DNA of 64,000 nucleotides from NCBI RefSeq assembly GCF_002854065.1, contig NZ_CP024147.1. One strand, 5' to 3'. This stretch comes from Escherichia coli. Lineage in GTDB: Bacteria > Pseudomonadota > Gammaproteobacteria > Enterobacterales > Enterobacteriaceae. The notes under the pieces were generated by a model that saw nothing but the letters and a program-made list of their open reading frames with translations, was not told where the DNA came from and made no database searches. A program made the translations under genes and the position numbers. Positions 27,606-41,248 of this stretch are shown piece by piece; position 1 is the first letter of the stretch, and each line of letters opens with the position of its first letter.

Positions 27606-29456
27606 TTAAACCTCGTCCACGGAATGGCCTTTCAGCGCACGACGAACCGACTGGTCCATGCGGCGAGCGGCGAAATCCTGGGTTTGTTTGTCTACGTTTT
27701 TAATCGCTTGTTCGATGGCGTCAACGTCATCGCCCTGCGCCACTTCACTCAGGTGAGCGGCAGCATCGTCAATGACCTGACGTTCTGCGGCGCTTAACAG
27801 CGCGGCATCAGCAGCCAGCGCGCCGTGCAGACTTTCCAGCACACGCGCCGCTTCTACTTTTTGTTCTGCCAGCATTCGGGCTTTTACGTCCTGCTCGGCA
27901 TAGCTCATTGAGTCTTTGATCATCGAAGCGATTTCGCTATCGGTCAGACCGTAAGACGGTTTGACCTGAATAGACGCCTCAACGCCGGTGGATTTCTCCA
28001 TCGCCGTCACGCTCAAAAGACCGTCGGCATCGACCTGGAACGTCACGCGAATATGCGCACCGCCAGCCGGTAGCGCCGGAATACCACGCAGCGCAAAACG
28101 CGCCAGTGAGCGGCAGTCCTGCACCAGTTCGCGCTCACCCTGCATTACATGGATAGACATCGCCGTCTGACCATCTTTAAAGGTGGTGAAATCCTGAGCG
28201 CGGGCCACTGGAATAGTGGTATTACGCGGAATCACTTTCTCCACCAGGCCGCCCATCGTTTCGAGGCCCAGCGACAGTGGGATCACATCAAGCAACAGCA
28301 TTTCGCTGTCTGGCTTGTTACCCACCAGAATATCCGCCTGAATCGCCGCGCCAATAGCGACGACTTTATCCGGGTCGATGGAAGTCAGCGGTGGACGACC
28401 GAAAAATTCGCCTACCCGTTCACGCACCAGCGGCACGCGAGTAGAACCGCCCACCATCACCACTTCCAGCACTTCATCAGCTTCTACACCCGCGTCTTTC
28501 AGCGCGCGACGACAAGCCAATAAGGTTCGTTTTACCAGTGGCGCGATCAGTTCATTGAATTGTTCACGGCTGATTTCGCCCTGCCAGCCCGCAACGTTAA
28601 CGGTCACGGAGTCCGCATCGCTCAGCGCGATTTTGGCTGCAATGGCGGCATCCAGCAGTTCACGCTGAACGCGGTTATCGCTACGATCAGGAATGCCCGC
28701 CTGCTCGCGAATGTAATCCGCCAGCAGATGGTCGAAATCATCGCCGCCGAGCGCGGAATCACCGCCGGTTGCCAGCACTTCAAACACGCCGCGACTTAAG
28801 CGCAGAATGGAAATATCAAACGTCCCGCCACCGAGGTCATAAACGGCGATCACGCCTTCCTGACCGGAATCCAGCCCGTAGGCGATAGCCGCAGCGGTCG
28901 GTTCGTTAAGTAAGCGCAGGACGTGAAGGCCCGCCAGACGCGCCGCGTCTTTGGTGCCCTGACGCTGGGCATCGTCAAAGTACGCCGGAACGGTGATAAC
29001 TACACCATCCAGCTCGCCTGCCAGGGCTTCAGTTGCCCGCGCCGCCAGTGCTTTGAGGATGTCCGCAGAAACGCGCACCGGGTTCAGCAGCCCCGCCGCC
29101 GTTTCAATCATCGGCAGGCCGTTTTCGCTGGCCTGGAATTGATAAGGCAGATGCGGATAGCGTTGCTGGATATCAGCCAGCGAGCGTCCCATCAGGCGTT
29201 TAACAGAACTAATTGTGTTGGCGGTATCGAGCGCTGCATTAGTACGCGCGTCATAACCCACCGAATGCCCTTGCTGTTGATAGTGAACAACAGATGGCAG
29301 CAGGTGACGGCCTTCATGGTCGGCTAACGTTTCGGCCTGACCGCTGCGCACTGTCGCCACCAGCGAGTTGGTTGTGCCCAGGTCAATACCGGCCGCCAGA
29401 CGACGCTGATGCGGCGCAGCACTCAAACCAGGTTCACTAATTTGTAATAAGGCCAT
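27606..29456 (-). CDS. hscA: Fe-S cluster assembly chaperone HscA (Hsp70 family)
   Basis: ORF track frame 27606-29510; conserved start [10 protein letters not shown] at ATG 29454-29456 (616 aa); IDLGTTNS ATPase motif. Confidence 0.95.
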
Positions 29457-29472
29457 GTTTAGCTTCCAGAAA

Positions 29473-29988
29473 TTAAAAATCGAGCAGTTTTTCTTCGAGT
29501 TGTTCGGCACTGCTTCGCAGTTTATCGAGAAAACGCAGCTTACGCACGGTATCCGCCGCCGCGTCCCAGGTCTCGTTGTCTAACTGTTCAACCATCAACT
29601 GATGGCGGGTATCAAACATCTTTTTCACACGTTTGATAAAGCTTTCCAGCCGCGCTTCATCTTTCGCCTGTTCGATCTCGTCCAGCTCTTCGCGCAGCTC
29701 CAACTGTTCCATCAGGAACGCGGTGTCGCGCACAGTATGCTGCTCGCTGGCGAGATCAAAGCCGTGCAAAGAAAGCAAATATTCCGCGCGCATTAACGGA
29801 TGACGCAGCGTTTGCCAGGCCTGGTTAATGGTTGCAGATTGCTGTACGGCGGCGAGTTGTTCCGCCTGGCTTCCGCTGGCGAATTTATCAGGATGATACT
29901 GACGTTGTAGATCCTGAAAACGCAGGCTCAGCGCCTGGGTATCGAGTTGATAACGGGCAGGCAAGCCAAAGAGGGTGAAGTAATCCAT
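29473..29988 (-). CDS. hscB: Fe-S cluster co-chaperone HscB (J-domain)
   Basis: ORF track 171 aa, ATG; HPD motif (QRQYHPDKF). Confidence 0.95.
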
Positions 29989-30083
29989 AACATTCTCAGG
30001 GCTGCGATCCGCCGCGATAACGGCGAATCAGGTAAAACAAACCCCACGCGCAGGCGACCACGGTGGGGTTATCGGTATGCGCA

Positions 30084-30407
30084 TCAAACGTGGAAGCTTT
30101 CGCCGCAACCACACTCATCTTTAACGTTCGGGTTGGTGAATTTAAACCCTTCGTTCAGGCCTTCTTTTACGAAGTCCAGCTGCGTACCGTCCAGAAATTG
30201 CAGGCTTTTGCCATCGACCACGACTTTCACGCCTTTGTCTTCAAACACGATGTCTTCCGGCGTCGGTTCGTCAACAAATTCCAGTACATAAGCCATACCT
30301 GAACATCCGGAGGTTCTCACGCCCAGACGCAGGCCAAACCCTTTGCCGCGGTTAGCCAGAAAGGTATTTACTCGCGCTGCTGCACTGTCGCTCAGTGTAA
30401 TCGACAT
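30084..30407 (-). CDS. iscA: Fe-S cluster insertion protein IscA
   Basis: ORF track frame 30084-30413 opens on TTG; conserved [13 protein letters not shown] begins at ATG 30405-30407 (107 aa); C-terminal CGCGESF motif. Confidence 0.93.
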   Translation of the reverse strand: MSITLSDSAAARVNTFLANRGKGFGLRLGVRTSGCSGMAYVLEFVDEPTPEDIVFEDKGVKVVVDGKSLQFLDGTQLDFVKEGLNEGFKFTNPNVKDECGCGESFHV

Positions 30408-30423
30408 AACCAAACCTCAACTC

Positions 30424-30810
30424 TTATTTTGCTTCACGTTTGCTTTTATAGTCCGCAATGGCGGCTTTGATCGCGTCTTCTGCCAGAATAGAACAGTGAA
30501 TTTTCACCGGCGGCAGTTCAAGTTCTTCAGCAATATCGGTGTTTTTGATCGCCTGCGCTTCGTCGAGAGACTTCCCTTTCACCCATTCGGTGACCAGGGA
30601 GCTGGAAGCGATAGCGGAACCGCAGCCGTAAGTTTTAAAACGCGCGTCTTCAATGATACCTTCATCGTTGACTTTAATCTGCAACTTCATCACGTCGCCA
30701 CAGGCCGGTGCACCCACCATGCCGCTGCCGATGTTCTCGTCGTTGTTGTCAAAGGAACCCACGTTACGCGGATTCTCGTAATGGTCGATAACTTTTTCGC
30801 TGTAAGCCAT
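30424..30810 (-). CDS. iscU: Fe-S cluster scaffold IscU
   Basis: ORF track 128 aa, ATG; conserved cluster-ligand cysteines and LPPVK motif. Confidence 0.96.
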   Translation of the reverse strand: MAYSEKVIDHYENPRNVGSFDNNDENIGSGMVGAPACGDVMKLQIKVNDEGIIEDARFKTYGCGSAIASSSLVTEWVKGKSLDEAQAIKNTDIAEELELPPVKIHCSILAEDAIKAAIADYKSKREAK

Positions 30811-30837
30811 TATAAATTCTCCTGATTCCGATACCGA

Positions 30838-32052
30838 TTAATGATGAGCCCATTCGATGCTGTTCAGATCCACGCCCTGCTTGTACATTTCCCACAGCGG
30901 AGAAAGGTCACGCAGACGACCGATGGATTTACGAACTAACTCGATGGTGTAGTCGATCTCTTCTTCAGTAGTAAAACGACCTAAAGAGAAACGGATAGAG
31001 CTATGTGCCAGCTCGTCGTTCAGCCCCAGCGCGCGCAGCACGTAGGACGGTTCGAGGCTTGCTGACGTACAGGCGGAACCGGAAGAAACCGCGAGGTCTT
31101 TCAGCGCCATAATCAGCGACTCACCTTCAACGTAGTTGAAGCTGACGTTGAGAATGTTCGGCGCACCGTGTTCCAGGTCACCGTTCAGGTAAACTTCTTC
31201 GATATCTTTGATGCCGTTCCACAGACGGTTACGCAGGCCGCGCAGACGTTCCATCTCGGTCGCCATCTCTTCTTTTGCGATGCGATAGGCTTCGCCCATT
31301 CCGACGATCTGGTGAACAGGCAGAGTGCCGGAACGCATACCGCGCTCGTGACCACCGCCGTGCATTTGCGCTTCGATGCGTACGCGCGGTTTACGACGCA
31401 CATACAGCGCACCGATACCTTTCGGGCCATAGATTTTGTGACCGGAGAAAGACATCAGGTCAACTTTCAACTGGCTCAGGTCGATAGGCAGTTTGCCCAC
31501 GCTCTGGGTTGCATCAACGTGATAGATAATGCCACGAGCACGGCACATTTCGCCGATAGCCGCGATATCCTGCACCACGCCGATTTCGTTATTTACGTGC
31601 ATGATGGAAACAAGGATGGTGTCGTCACGCATCGCTGCTTCAAGTTCTTTCAGGTCGATAATGCCGTTACGCTGCGGTGCCAGGTAGGTGACTTCGAAAC
31701 CTTCGCGCTCCAGCTGACGGCAGGTATCCAGTACCGCTTTATGTTCGGTTTTGCTGGTGATGATGTGCTTGCCTTTTTTCTGATAAAAGTTGGCTGCACC
31801 TTTGATCGCCAGGTTGTCAGATTCGGTTGCACCAGAGGTAAAGACGATTTCACGCGGATCAGCGCCGACCAGATCGGCAATCTGATTACGGGCGATATCT
31901 ACCGCTTCTTCAGCCTGCCAGCCGAAACGGTGAGAACGGGAGGCCGGGTTACCAAAGGTTCCGTCCATCGTCATAAACTGCATCATTTTCTCGGCAACAC
32001 GCGGGTCCACCGGCGTGGTTGCGGAGTAGTCGAGATAAATCGGTAATTTCAT
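30838..32052 (-). CDS. iscS: Cysteine desulfurase IscS
   Basis: ORF track frame 30838-32076; conserved start [16 protein letters not shown] at ATG 32050-32052 (404 aa); PLP lysine motif SFSGHK; active-site SSGSACTS. Confidence 0.95.
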
Positions 32053-32163
32053 TGCTCTATAAACTCCGTACATCACTCAATGCAAGGAACCAGGCTACCG
32101 GCTGGATGTACGACCGTGTTTACGGAGTATTTAGCACTCCGGCCTGATTCTGAATTCTTTTTA

Positions 32164-32652
32164 TTAAGCGCGTAACTTAACGTCGATCGCGTCTTGTGTG
32201 CGGGTGCGTGGCGCGTCGTGAGTATGCTGACGTCCAGACACATCCAGCACTTCCTGGTTATTAACCAGTTCGCCTAAAGTAATGTTGTTGAGAAAACCGG
32301 TGAGACGGTCGCTCAAATCACGCCACAGCGCGTGGGTCAGGCATTTATCGCCGCCCTGGCAGCCGCCTTTACCCTGACAACGGGTGGCATCTACAGATTC
32401 GTCAACGGCGCTAATCACTTCGCCAACGGCGATGCTGCTGGCATCTTTGCCTAACAGATAACCACCGCCTGGTCCACGTACGCTGGAAACCAGACCATTT
32501 TTACGCAGACGGGAAAACAGTTGTTCCAGATAAGAAAGGGAAATTCCCTGACGTTCGGAAATATCAGCCAACGGTACCGGGCCCGCTTCAGAGTTGAGCG
32601 CAACGTCAAGCATTGCGGTCACGGCATAGCGCCCTTTAGATGTCAGTCTCAT
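32164..32652 (-). CDS. iscR: Fe-S cluster regulator IscR (Rrf2 family)
   Basis: ORF track 162 aa, ATG; Rrf2 HTH and cluster-ligand cysteines ([13 protein letters not shown]). Confidence 0.95.
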
Positions 32653-32735
32653 GTCTTACTTCACCTCAAACTCGCCCCTGCCCGGGGTTTTTTATTGTAA
32701 AAGTGGGGGTATTGCATAGCAGGGTCAAGTCTGAC

Positions 32736-32787
32736 ATTCCCGAGTAAATTGGTCAACTATTTACTTGACTGATTTAGTCGGGTATTT
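32736..32787 (-). promoter_or_regulatory. iscR promoter region with two IscR type-1 operator-like sites
   Basis: Minus-strand reads ..AAATACCCGACTAAATCAGTCAAGTAAATAGTTGACCAATTTACTCGGGAAT.., matching my recollection of the two IscR sites upstream of iscR; not verified by search. Confidence 0.55.
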
Positions 32788-32827
32788 AACCTTCAGTGCC
32801 ATTTTTTTATCGTGGCGTTTGTACCTG

Positions 32828-32916
32828 TTGTCGGATGCGGTGTGAACACCTTATCCGACCTGGGATTCCGTGCACTTACAGGCCTGATAAGACGCGTTAA
32901 GCATCGCATCAGGCAA
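32828..32916. repeat. REP/BIME palindromic units
   Basis: gtcggatgcggtgtgaacaccttatccgacc and acaggcctgataagacgcgttaagcatcgcatcaggca between trmJ stop and the iscR promoter. Confidence 0.75.
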
Positions 32917-32922
32917 CCACTG

Positions 32923-33663
32923 TTATTCGGCCTTATTACCTTTATTCTGCTGCTCTATAGAAGCCAGAATCCCGCGCAGGATATTCAATTCCTGGCTTTC
33001 CGGGCGCGCACGGGTAAACAGACGGCGCAATTTATTCATCACCTGCCCCGGATGGTTTTCACGGATAAAACCGGTTGCCAGCAGCGTTTGTTCCAGATGA
33101 CCATAAAAACGCTCCAGATCATCGGCCAGCGGATACGGCGTCTCTTCATGCTCGACCTGCTCGCCATTTTCCTGAGTTGCCAGCCAGGCCATACGCACTT
33201 CATAGGCAATAACCTGAACCGCCATCGCCAGGTTCAGCGAGCTGTATTCCGGGTTTGCCGCAATCGCGACATGATAATGACACTTCTGCAACTCTTCATT
33301 GGTCAGGCCGACACGTTCGCGACCAAACACCAGCGCCACCGGGGTATTTGCCGCTTCAGCGACGCTTTTCAGACCGCATTCGCGCGGGTCGAGCATCGGC
33401 CACGGCAGCGTGCGGGAACGTGCGCTGGTGCCCACCACCAGGCTACAACCGGCTAACGCTTCGTCGAGCGTATCGACGATGTGAGCATTACCAATCACAT
33501 CGCTGGCCCCCGCCGCCAGGGCAATCGCCTGGGAGTCAGGTTTCACCAGTGGATTAACCAGCCACAGATTGGTTAATCCCATTGTTTTCATGGCACGGGC
33601 AACAGAACCCATATTGCCGGTGTGTGACGTCTCCACCAGCACAATTCGAATATTTTGCAGCAT
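32923..33663 (-). CDS. trmJ: tRNA (cytidine/uridine-2'-O)-methyltransferase TrmJ
   Basis: ORF track 246 aa, ATG; SpoU-class methyltransferase. Confidence 0.93.
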   Translation of the reverse strand: MLQNIRIVLVETSHTGNMGSVARAMKTMGLTNLWLVNPLVKPDSQAIALAAGASDVIGNAHIVDTLDEALAGCSLVVGTSARSRTLPWPMLDPRECGLKSVAEAANTPVALVFGRERVGLTNEELQKCHYHVAIAANPEYSSLNLAMAVQVIAYEVRMAWLATQENGEQVEHEETPYPLADDLERFYGHLEQTLLATGFIRENHPGQVMNKLRRLFTRARPESQELNILRGILASIEQQNKGNKAE

Positions 33664-33781
33664 TGTCTTTCTTCGTCTAAAGATTATTCGCGCATCTTAT
33701 CATAAAACGAAGACAGATGCCGATCTCGCTGCTATACTCTGCGCCGTTTTCCCGTTCTTTAACATCCAGTGAGAGAGACCG

Positions 33782-34585
33782 ATGCATCCGATGCTGAACA
33801 TCGCCGTGCGCGCAGCGCGCAAGGCGGGTAATTTAATTGCCAAAAACTATGAAACCCCGGACGCTGTAGAAGCGAGCCAGAAAGGCAGTAACGATTTCGT
33901 GACCAACGTAGATAAAGCTGCCGAAGCGGTGATTATCGACACGATTCGTAAATCTTACCCACAGCACACCATCATCACCGAAGAAAGCGGTGAACTTGAA
34001 GGTACTGATCAGGATGTTCAATGGGTTATCGATCCACTGGATGGCACTACCAACTTTATCAAACGTCTGCCGCACTTCGCGGTATCTATCGCCGTTCGTA
34101 TCAAAGGCCGCACCGAAGTTGCTGTGGTATACGATCCTATGCGTAACGAACTGTTCACCGCCACTCGCGGTCAGGGAGCACAGCTGAACGGCTACCGTCT
34201 GCGCGGCAGCACCGCTCGCGATCTCGACGGTACTATTCTGGCGACCGGCTTCCCGTTCAAAGCAAAACAGTACGCCACTACCTACATCAACATCGTCGGC
34301 AAACTGTTCAACGAATGTGCAGACTTCCGTCGTACCGGTTCTGCGGCGCTGGATCTGGCTTACGTCGCTGCGGGTCGTGTTGACGGTTTCTTTGAAATCG
34401 GTCTGCGCCCGTGGGACTTCGCTGCAGGCGAGCTGCTGGTTCGTGAAGCGGGCGGCATCGTCAGCGACTTCACCGGTGGTCATAACTATATGCTGACCGG
34501 TAACATCGTTGCTGGTAACCCGCGTGTTGTTAAAGCCATGCTGGCGAACATGCGTGACGAGTTAAGCGACGCTCTGAAGCGTTAA
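33782..34585 (+). CDS. suhB: Inositol monophosphatase family protein SuhB
   Basis: ORF track 267 aa, ATG; IMPase motifs (WVIDPLDGTTNF). Confidence 0.95.
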   Translation: MHPMLNIAVRAARKAGNLIAKNYETPDAVEASQKGSNDFVTNVDKAAEAVIIDTIRKSYPQHTIITEESGELEGTDQDVQWVIDPLDGTTNFIKRLPHFAVSIAVRIKGRTEVAVVYDPMRNELFTATRGQGAQLNGYRLRGSTARDLDGTILATGFPFKAKQYATTYINIVGKLFNECADFRRTGSAALDLAYVAAGRVDGFFEIGLRPWDFAAGELLVREAGGIVSDFTGGHNYMLTGNIVAGNPRVVKAMLANMRDELSDALKR

Positions 34586-34729
34586 TGACTCAGGCGGGTG
34601 ATATCACTCACCCGCCCTCGCCTTTCAGGCGCTATTCCGAAATACTTCCTCACCGCTTTACTTTCTTTCGTCACTCTCCCACCATCTTTCCCCGATTAAT
34701 GGATGATAAAGAAGTCGCAAGGAAAGGTT

Positions 34730-35584
34730 ATGGCACTGCCAGTGAACAAACGCGTTCCCAAAATTCTGTTTATTCTCTTTGTTGTTGCCTTCTGCGTTTA
34801 TTTAGTGCCGCGCGTTGCCATCAACTTCTTCTATTATCCTGACGATAAAATTTACGGTCCCGACCCCTGGTCGGCGGAATCCGTCGAATTTACGGCTAAG
34901 GACGGTACTCGTCTGCAAGGCTGGTTTATCCCTTCTTCGACGGGCCCTGCTGACAACGCCATCGCAACCATCATTCATGCTCACGGCAATGCCGGAAATA
35001 TGTCCGCCCACTGGCCGCTGGTCAGTTGGTTACCCGAGCGTAATTTCAACGTTTTTATGTTTGATTATCGCGGTTTTGGTAAATCAAAAGGCACGCCGTC
35101 CCAGGCCGGATTGCTGGACGATACGCAAAGCGCCATCAATGTGGTGCGCCATCGCAGTGATGTAAACCCACAACGGCTGGTGCTGTTCGGGCAGAGTATT
35201 GGCGGGGCGAATATTCTTGCTGTTATTGGTCAGGGTGATCGTGAAGGCATACGTGCGGTGATCCTCGACTCCACATTTGCCTCTTATGCAACCATCGCCA
35301 ACCAGATGATCCCCGGCAGTGGCTACTTACTTGATGAGAGTTACAGCGGCGAAAATTACATCGCCAGCGTCAGCCCGATCCCGCTTTTACTCATTCACGG
35401 TAAAGCTGATCACGTTATCCCATGGCAGCACAGCGAAAAGTTGTATAGCCTGGCAAAAGAGCCAAAACGGTTGATCCTAATCCCGGATGGCGAACACATT
35501 GATGCTTTTTCCGATCGTCACGGCGATGTTTATCGCGAACAGATGGTGGACTTTATCCTTAGCGCGTTGAATCCGCAGAACTAA
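34730..35584 (+). CDS. yfhR: Alpha/beta-hydrolase family protein YfhR
   Basis: ORF track frame 34703-35584; start at ATG 34730 preceded by AGGAAAGG SD (284 aa); N-terminal TM helix; nucleophile elbow GQSIGG. Confidence 0.88.
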   Translation: MALPVNKRVPKILFILFVVAFCVYLVPRVAINFFYYPDDKIYGPDPWSAESVEFTAKDGTRLQGWFIPSSTGPADNAIATIIHAHGNAGNMSAHWPLVSWLPERNFNVFMFDYRGFGKSKGTPSQAGLLDDTQSAINVVRHRSDVNPQRLVLFGQSIGGANILAVIGQGDREGIRAVILDSTFASYATIANQMIPGSGYLLDESYSGENYIASVSPIPLLLIHGKADHVIPWQHSEKLYSLAKEPKRLILIPDGEHIDAFSDRHGDVYREQMVDFILSALNPQN

Positions 35585-35774
35585 CCCATGATCGCTAGCA
35601 CGATAATCATTCACAAAACCACCTTAAGACATGCTAACCCACTGGTCAGAACAGTTTAAGATGAGAAAAATTCTGTGACGCTTGCCAACATTTCTGATGA
35701 TTAGCATTCCCTTCGCCATTTCCCTGAGCAAACTTTAGCTATTCTTATCAATTATGCTTATGGGAGATCTACAG

Positions 35775-37055
35775 ATGATGCCTACGCTTGCTCCACCATC
35801 TGTCCTTTCGGCTCCCCAGCGCCGCTGCCAGATCTTGCTGACGCTCTTTCAGCCGGGGTTGACCGCCACCATGGCAACCTTCAGCGAGCTTAATGGTGTG
35901 GATGATGATATTGCCAGTCTTGATATCAGCGAAACAGGACGGGAGATCCTGCGCTATCATCAACTCACACTGACGACTGGTTATGACGGTAGCTACCGGG
36001 TTGAAGGTACAGTGCTTAACCAACGTTTGTGTTTATTTCACTGGCTACGACGTGGTTTCCGTCTGTGTCCGTCATTTATTACCAGCCAATTCACCCCCGC
36101 CCTGAAGAGTGAACTGAAGCGGCGCGGAATTGCGCGTAACTTTTACGACGATACCAATCTACAAGCGTTAGTGAATCTCTGCTCCCGACGGCTGCAAAAA
36201 CGCTTTGAATCGCGCGATATTCATTTCCTGTGTCTGTATCTGCAATATTGTTTGCTGCAGCACCACGCTGGAATTACGCCTCAGTTTAATCCGCTCCAAC
36301 GTCGCTGGGCGGAATCCTGCCTTGAATTTCAGGTAGCACAGGAAATTGGACGCCACTGGCAGCGTCGGGCGCTCCAGCCTGTACCACCTGATGAGCCACT
36401 GTTTATGGCACTACTTTTTTCCATGTTGCGGGTTCCCGATCCCTTGCGGGATGCGCATCAGCGGGACAGACAATTGCGTCAGTCTATCAAACGTCTGGTA
36501 AACCATTTTCGTGAGCTGGGAAATGTTCGTTTTTATGATGAACAGGGGTTATGTGATCAGCTTTATACCCACCTCGCCCAGGCGTTAAATCGCAGTTTGT
36601 TTGCCATCGGTATTGATAATACCCTACCGGAAGAGTTCGCCAGACTGTATCCACGCCTGGTACGCACCACCCGCGCGGCGCTGGCCGGATTTGAAAGTGA
36701 ATACGGCGTCCATCTTTCTGATGAGGAAAGTGGTCTGGTCGCGGTGATTTTCGGTGCCTGGCTAATGCAGGAAAACGATCTGCATGAAAAACAGATTATT
36801 CTACTGACCGGGAATGATAGCGAGCGAGAAGCGCAGATTGAGCAGCAGTTACGCGAATTAACGTTACTGCCGCTCAACATTAAACATATGTCGGTAAAGG
36901 CATTTTTGCAGACAGGCGCTCCGCGTGGCGCGGCACTGATTATTGCTCCTTATACCATGCCGTTACCGCTCTTTTCACCACCGCTGATCTATACGGACCT
37001 GACACTGACAACACATCAACAGGAGCAGATCCGCAAAATGCTCGAATCAGCATGA
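35775..37055 (+). CDS. csiE: Stationary-phase inducible protein CsiE
   Basis: ORF track frame 35754-37055; conserved start MMPTLAPPSV at ATG 35775 (426 aa, from memory); 3' end overlaps convergent hcaT by 9 bp. Confidence 0.85.
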   Translation: MMPTLAPPSVLSAPQRRCQILLTLFQPGLTATMATFSELNGVDDDIASLDISETGREILRYHQLTLTTGYDGSYRVEGTVLNQRLCLFHWLRRGFRLCPSFITSQFTPALKSELKRRGIARNFYDDTNLQALVNLCSRRLQKRFESRDIHFLCLYLQYCLLQHHAGITPQFNPLQRRWAESCLEFQVAQEIGRHWQRRALQPVPPDEPLFMALLFSMLRVPDPLRDAHQRDRQLRQSIKRLVNHFRELGNVRFYDEQGLCDQLYTHLAQALNRSLFAIGIDNTLPEEFARLYPRLVRTTRAALAGFESEYGVHLSDEESGLVAVIFGAWLMQENDLHEKQIILLTGNDSEREAQIEQQLRELTLLPLNIKHMSVKAFLQTGAPRGAALIIAPYTMPLPLFSPPLIYTDLTLTTHQQEQIRKMLESA

Positions 37056-38186
37056 GGGAACAACTTTCGGGCGCAAAAACATTGCCGGAAACGCCACCAG
37101 CGCCATCACCCAGAACACGCCGTGGCCCAGATATTGATACAGGAAACCGGCGAAAACGGTCATGATAGCGATACTGCCGCCCATCGCGACGGCAGAGTAA
37201 ACCGCCTGTAAACGGATGACTTCGCTACCCTGGCGAGCGGCAATATAGCGCATGGCGGCCAGGTGGCAGACCGTGAAGGTGCCGCAATGCAGAATTTGCA
37301 CCACTATCAACCACGGCAACGCCGTAGTTGCTCCCATAATGCCCCAGCGCACTACGCCGCAAATCGCCGAGATCAACAGCATATCGCGTGCACTACAACG
37401 GCGGAAAAGTTTATTACTCAGTGCAAAGATAATGACTTCCGCCACCACGCCCAGCGACCACAAATACCCCACCGCCGAGGCCGAGTAGCCAGCTGCCTGC
37501 CAGTAAATGGCGCTAAAACCGTAATAGGCCGCATGCGCCCCCTGCAATAAACAAACGCAGGCCAGAAAGCGCCAGTTCTGGCGAACCAGCGCCAACCACG
37601 CTGACCAACCGGTGCTCTCCTGTTGGCGGCTTGCCCCTTGTGGCTGAATCGTCGGACGGATGAGAAAGCCGAGCAGCATGGATGCCACGCCCAACGTCAA
37701 CAGCACGAGGATCACCCGATAATCAAACATAGTGACCAGTTTGCCCGTCAGCGCCGAGCCAATGACAAACGCCACCGAGCCCCACAGTCGCACTTTGCCG
37801 TAATCAAGCGGGAACTGCTTTTGCCACGTATTCGCCAGTGCATCGGTCAACGGTACCAGCGGTGAGAAAAAGAGGTTAAAGCCAATCATCACCAGCATCA
37901 GCCACGCTACGTGCGCCCCCGCCCAGAAGGCGACAGCAAAGATAAGTGTCAGCACTGCCAGCACGCGCAAGGCGGAAATCAGGCGGGAAGGATCGCTGAC
38001 GCGGGGCGCGATGAGCAAACTCCCGAGAAAACGGGCAACCAGACCTGCCCCCAATAACAGGCCGATGGTTTCTGGCGTTAAACCAATCCCTTTAAGCCAG
38101 ACGCTCCAGAAAGGTAGAAAAATGCCGTAACTAAAAAAGTATGTGAAATAGCCGAGCGCCAACCAGCGCGTGGATTGCAAAACCAT
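37047..38186 (-). CDS. hcaT: MFS transporter HcaT (putative 3-phenylpropionate transporter)
   Basis: ORF track 379 aa, ATG; 12 predicted TM helices. Confidence 0.93.
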   Translation of the reverse strand: MVLQSTRWLALGYFTYFFSYGIFLPFWSVWLKGIGLTPETIGLLLGAGLVARFLGSLLIAPRVSDPSRLISALRVLAVLTLIFAVAFWAGAHVAWLMLVMIGFNLFFSPLVPLTDALANTWQKQFPLDYGKVRLWGSVAFVIGSALTGKLVTMFDYRVILVLLTLGVASMLLGFLIRPTIQPQGASRQQESTGWSAWLALVRQNWRFLACVCLLQGAHAAYYGFSAIYWQAAGYSASAVGYLWSLGVVAEVIIFALSNKLFRRCSARDMLLISAICGVVRWGIMGATTALPWLIVVQILHCGTFTVCHLAAMRYIAARQGSEVIRLQAVYSAVAMGGSIAIMTVFAGFLYQYLGHGVFWVMALVAFPAMFLRPKVVPSC

Positions 38187-38345
38187 GAGTCCCTCCCGTC
38201 AGGAGGCGTTAGTCTGGAGTTAATCGAATGTTGGTGCAAGTTGAAAAATAAGAATATTCGAGCCTGCTTCCCGATGTCTGTAACGCCAGTTCACAAGCAC
38301 TCAAAAACTGCGATCCGTGACGCATGTTGCAAAGATAATGTGTAA

Positions 38346-39236
38346 TTATGCCGTTACGCTTGCCAAACGTTCCTGCACAATGGCGATGAAATCGCGTAAT
38401 GCCGGCTTCATCTCCCCTTTCTTCCACGCCATCAGTAAAGCAATGGAAGGCACATTTCCGGCAATGGGACGAAAAACAACCTGCCCGGTATTAAAATTAT
38501 TCATATAACCGGGTATCAAAGTGACGCCCAGCCCCATGCCCACCAGATTCATGGTCACCAGAATATTCGTTGCCACCTGGACGATATTTGGCTGGCTATT
38601 TTCTTGCGCAAACCACGCTTTAACGATCGGCGCAAGCGAACCGGAATACGCCGGATCGGTACTGACGAAATTCACGCCATCCAGTTGCGCGGCGGTGATC
38701 TCTTTTTCATGTGCTAAAGGGTGATCAACCGGTAACACCACCACTAATGGTTCGTCAAAAAGCTCCAGATAATCAATCTCCGGGCTATAAACAGGATGGC
38801 GCATTAAGCCGACGTCGAGTTCACCACGGCGAATTTTTTCCTCCTGTTGCGTGGTGATTAAACTCACCAGCTCAATCAAGGTGTCTGGCTGTCTGAGACG
38901 AAACATCGGTAATACTTTTGGCAGTAAATTCACTTCCGCCGATGGCACAAAGCCAATGGTTAATTGTCTGTCTTCCTGAACAATTTTCCGCGCCCGTAAT
39001 TTGGCATTTTCCGCTTGTTCGAGGATTGCCAGCGCGTCCTGGAGAAAACATTCTCCCGCCGCCGTCAACGCGACTTTGCGCTTATCCCTCACCAGTAACG
39101 GAACACCGACACAGTTTTCAAGATCGCGGATCTGGCTGCTTAACGAAGGCTGTGAGGTATGCAGTTTTTCCGCCGCACGGGTAAAGTTCAGTGCCTGCGC
39201 CACTGCGACGAAATAGCGTAAATGCCGTAGTTCCAT
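38346..39236 (-). CDS. hcaR: LysR-family transcriptional activator HcaR
   Basis: ORF track frame 38346-39329; conserved start MELRHLRYFVAVAQ at ATG 39234-39236 (296 aa); divergent from hcaE. Confidence 0.93.
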   Translation of the reverse strand: MELRHLRYFVAVAQALNFTRAAEKLHTSQPSLSSQIRDLENCVGVPLLVRDKRKVALTAAGECFLQDALAILEQAENAKLRARKIVQEDRQLTIGFVPSAEVNLLPKVLPMFRLRQPDTLIELVSLITTQQEEKIRRGELDVGLMRHPVYSPEIDYLELFDEPLVVVLPVDHPLAHEKEITAAQLDGVNFVSTDPAYSGSLAPIVKAWFAQENSQPNIVQVATNILVTMNLVGMGLGVTLIPGYMNNFNTGQVVFRPIAGNVPSIALLMAWKKGEMKPALRDFIAIVQERLASVTA

Positions 39237-39335
39237 CACCTTCCCCTTGTTATCGAAAAAACGTCTCAGCTGGTAGAAATTAACTATTTCACATATTAGC
39301 AACCAACCAGCAACATCCTTATGGCACAAAAATAG

Positions 39336-41247
<1,912 letters not shown>

Positions 41248-41248
<1 letters not shown>

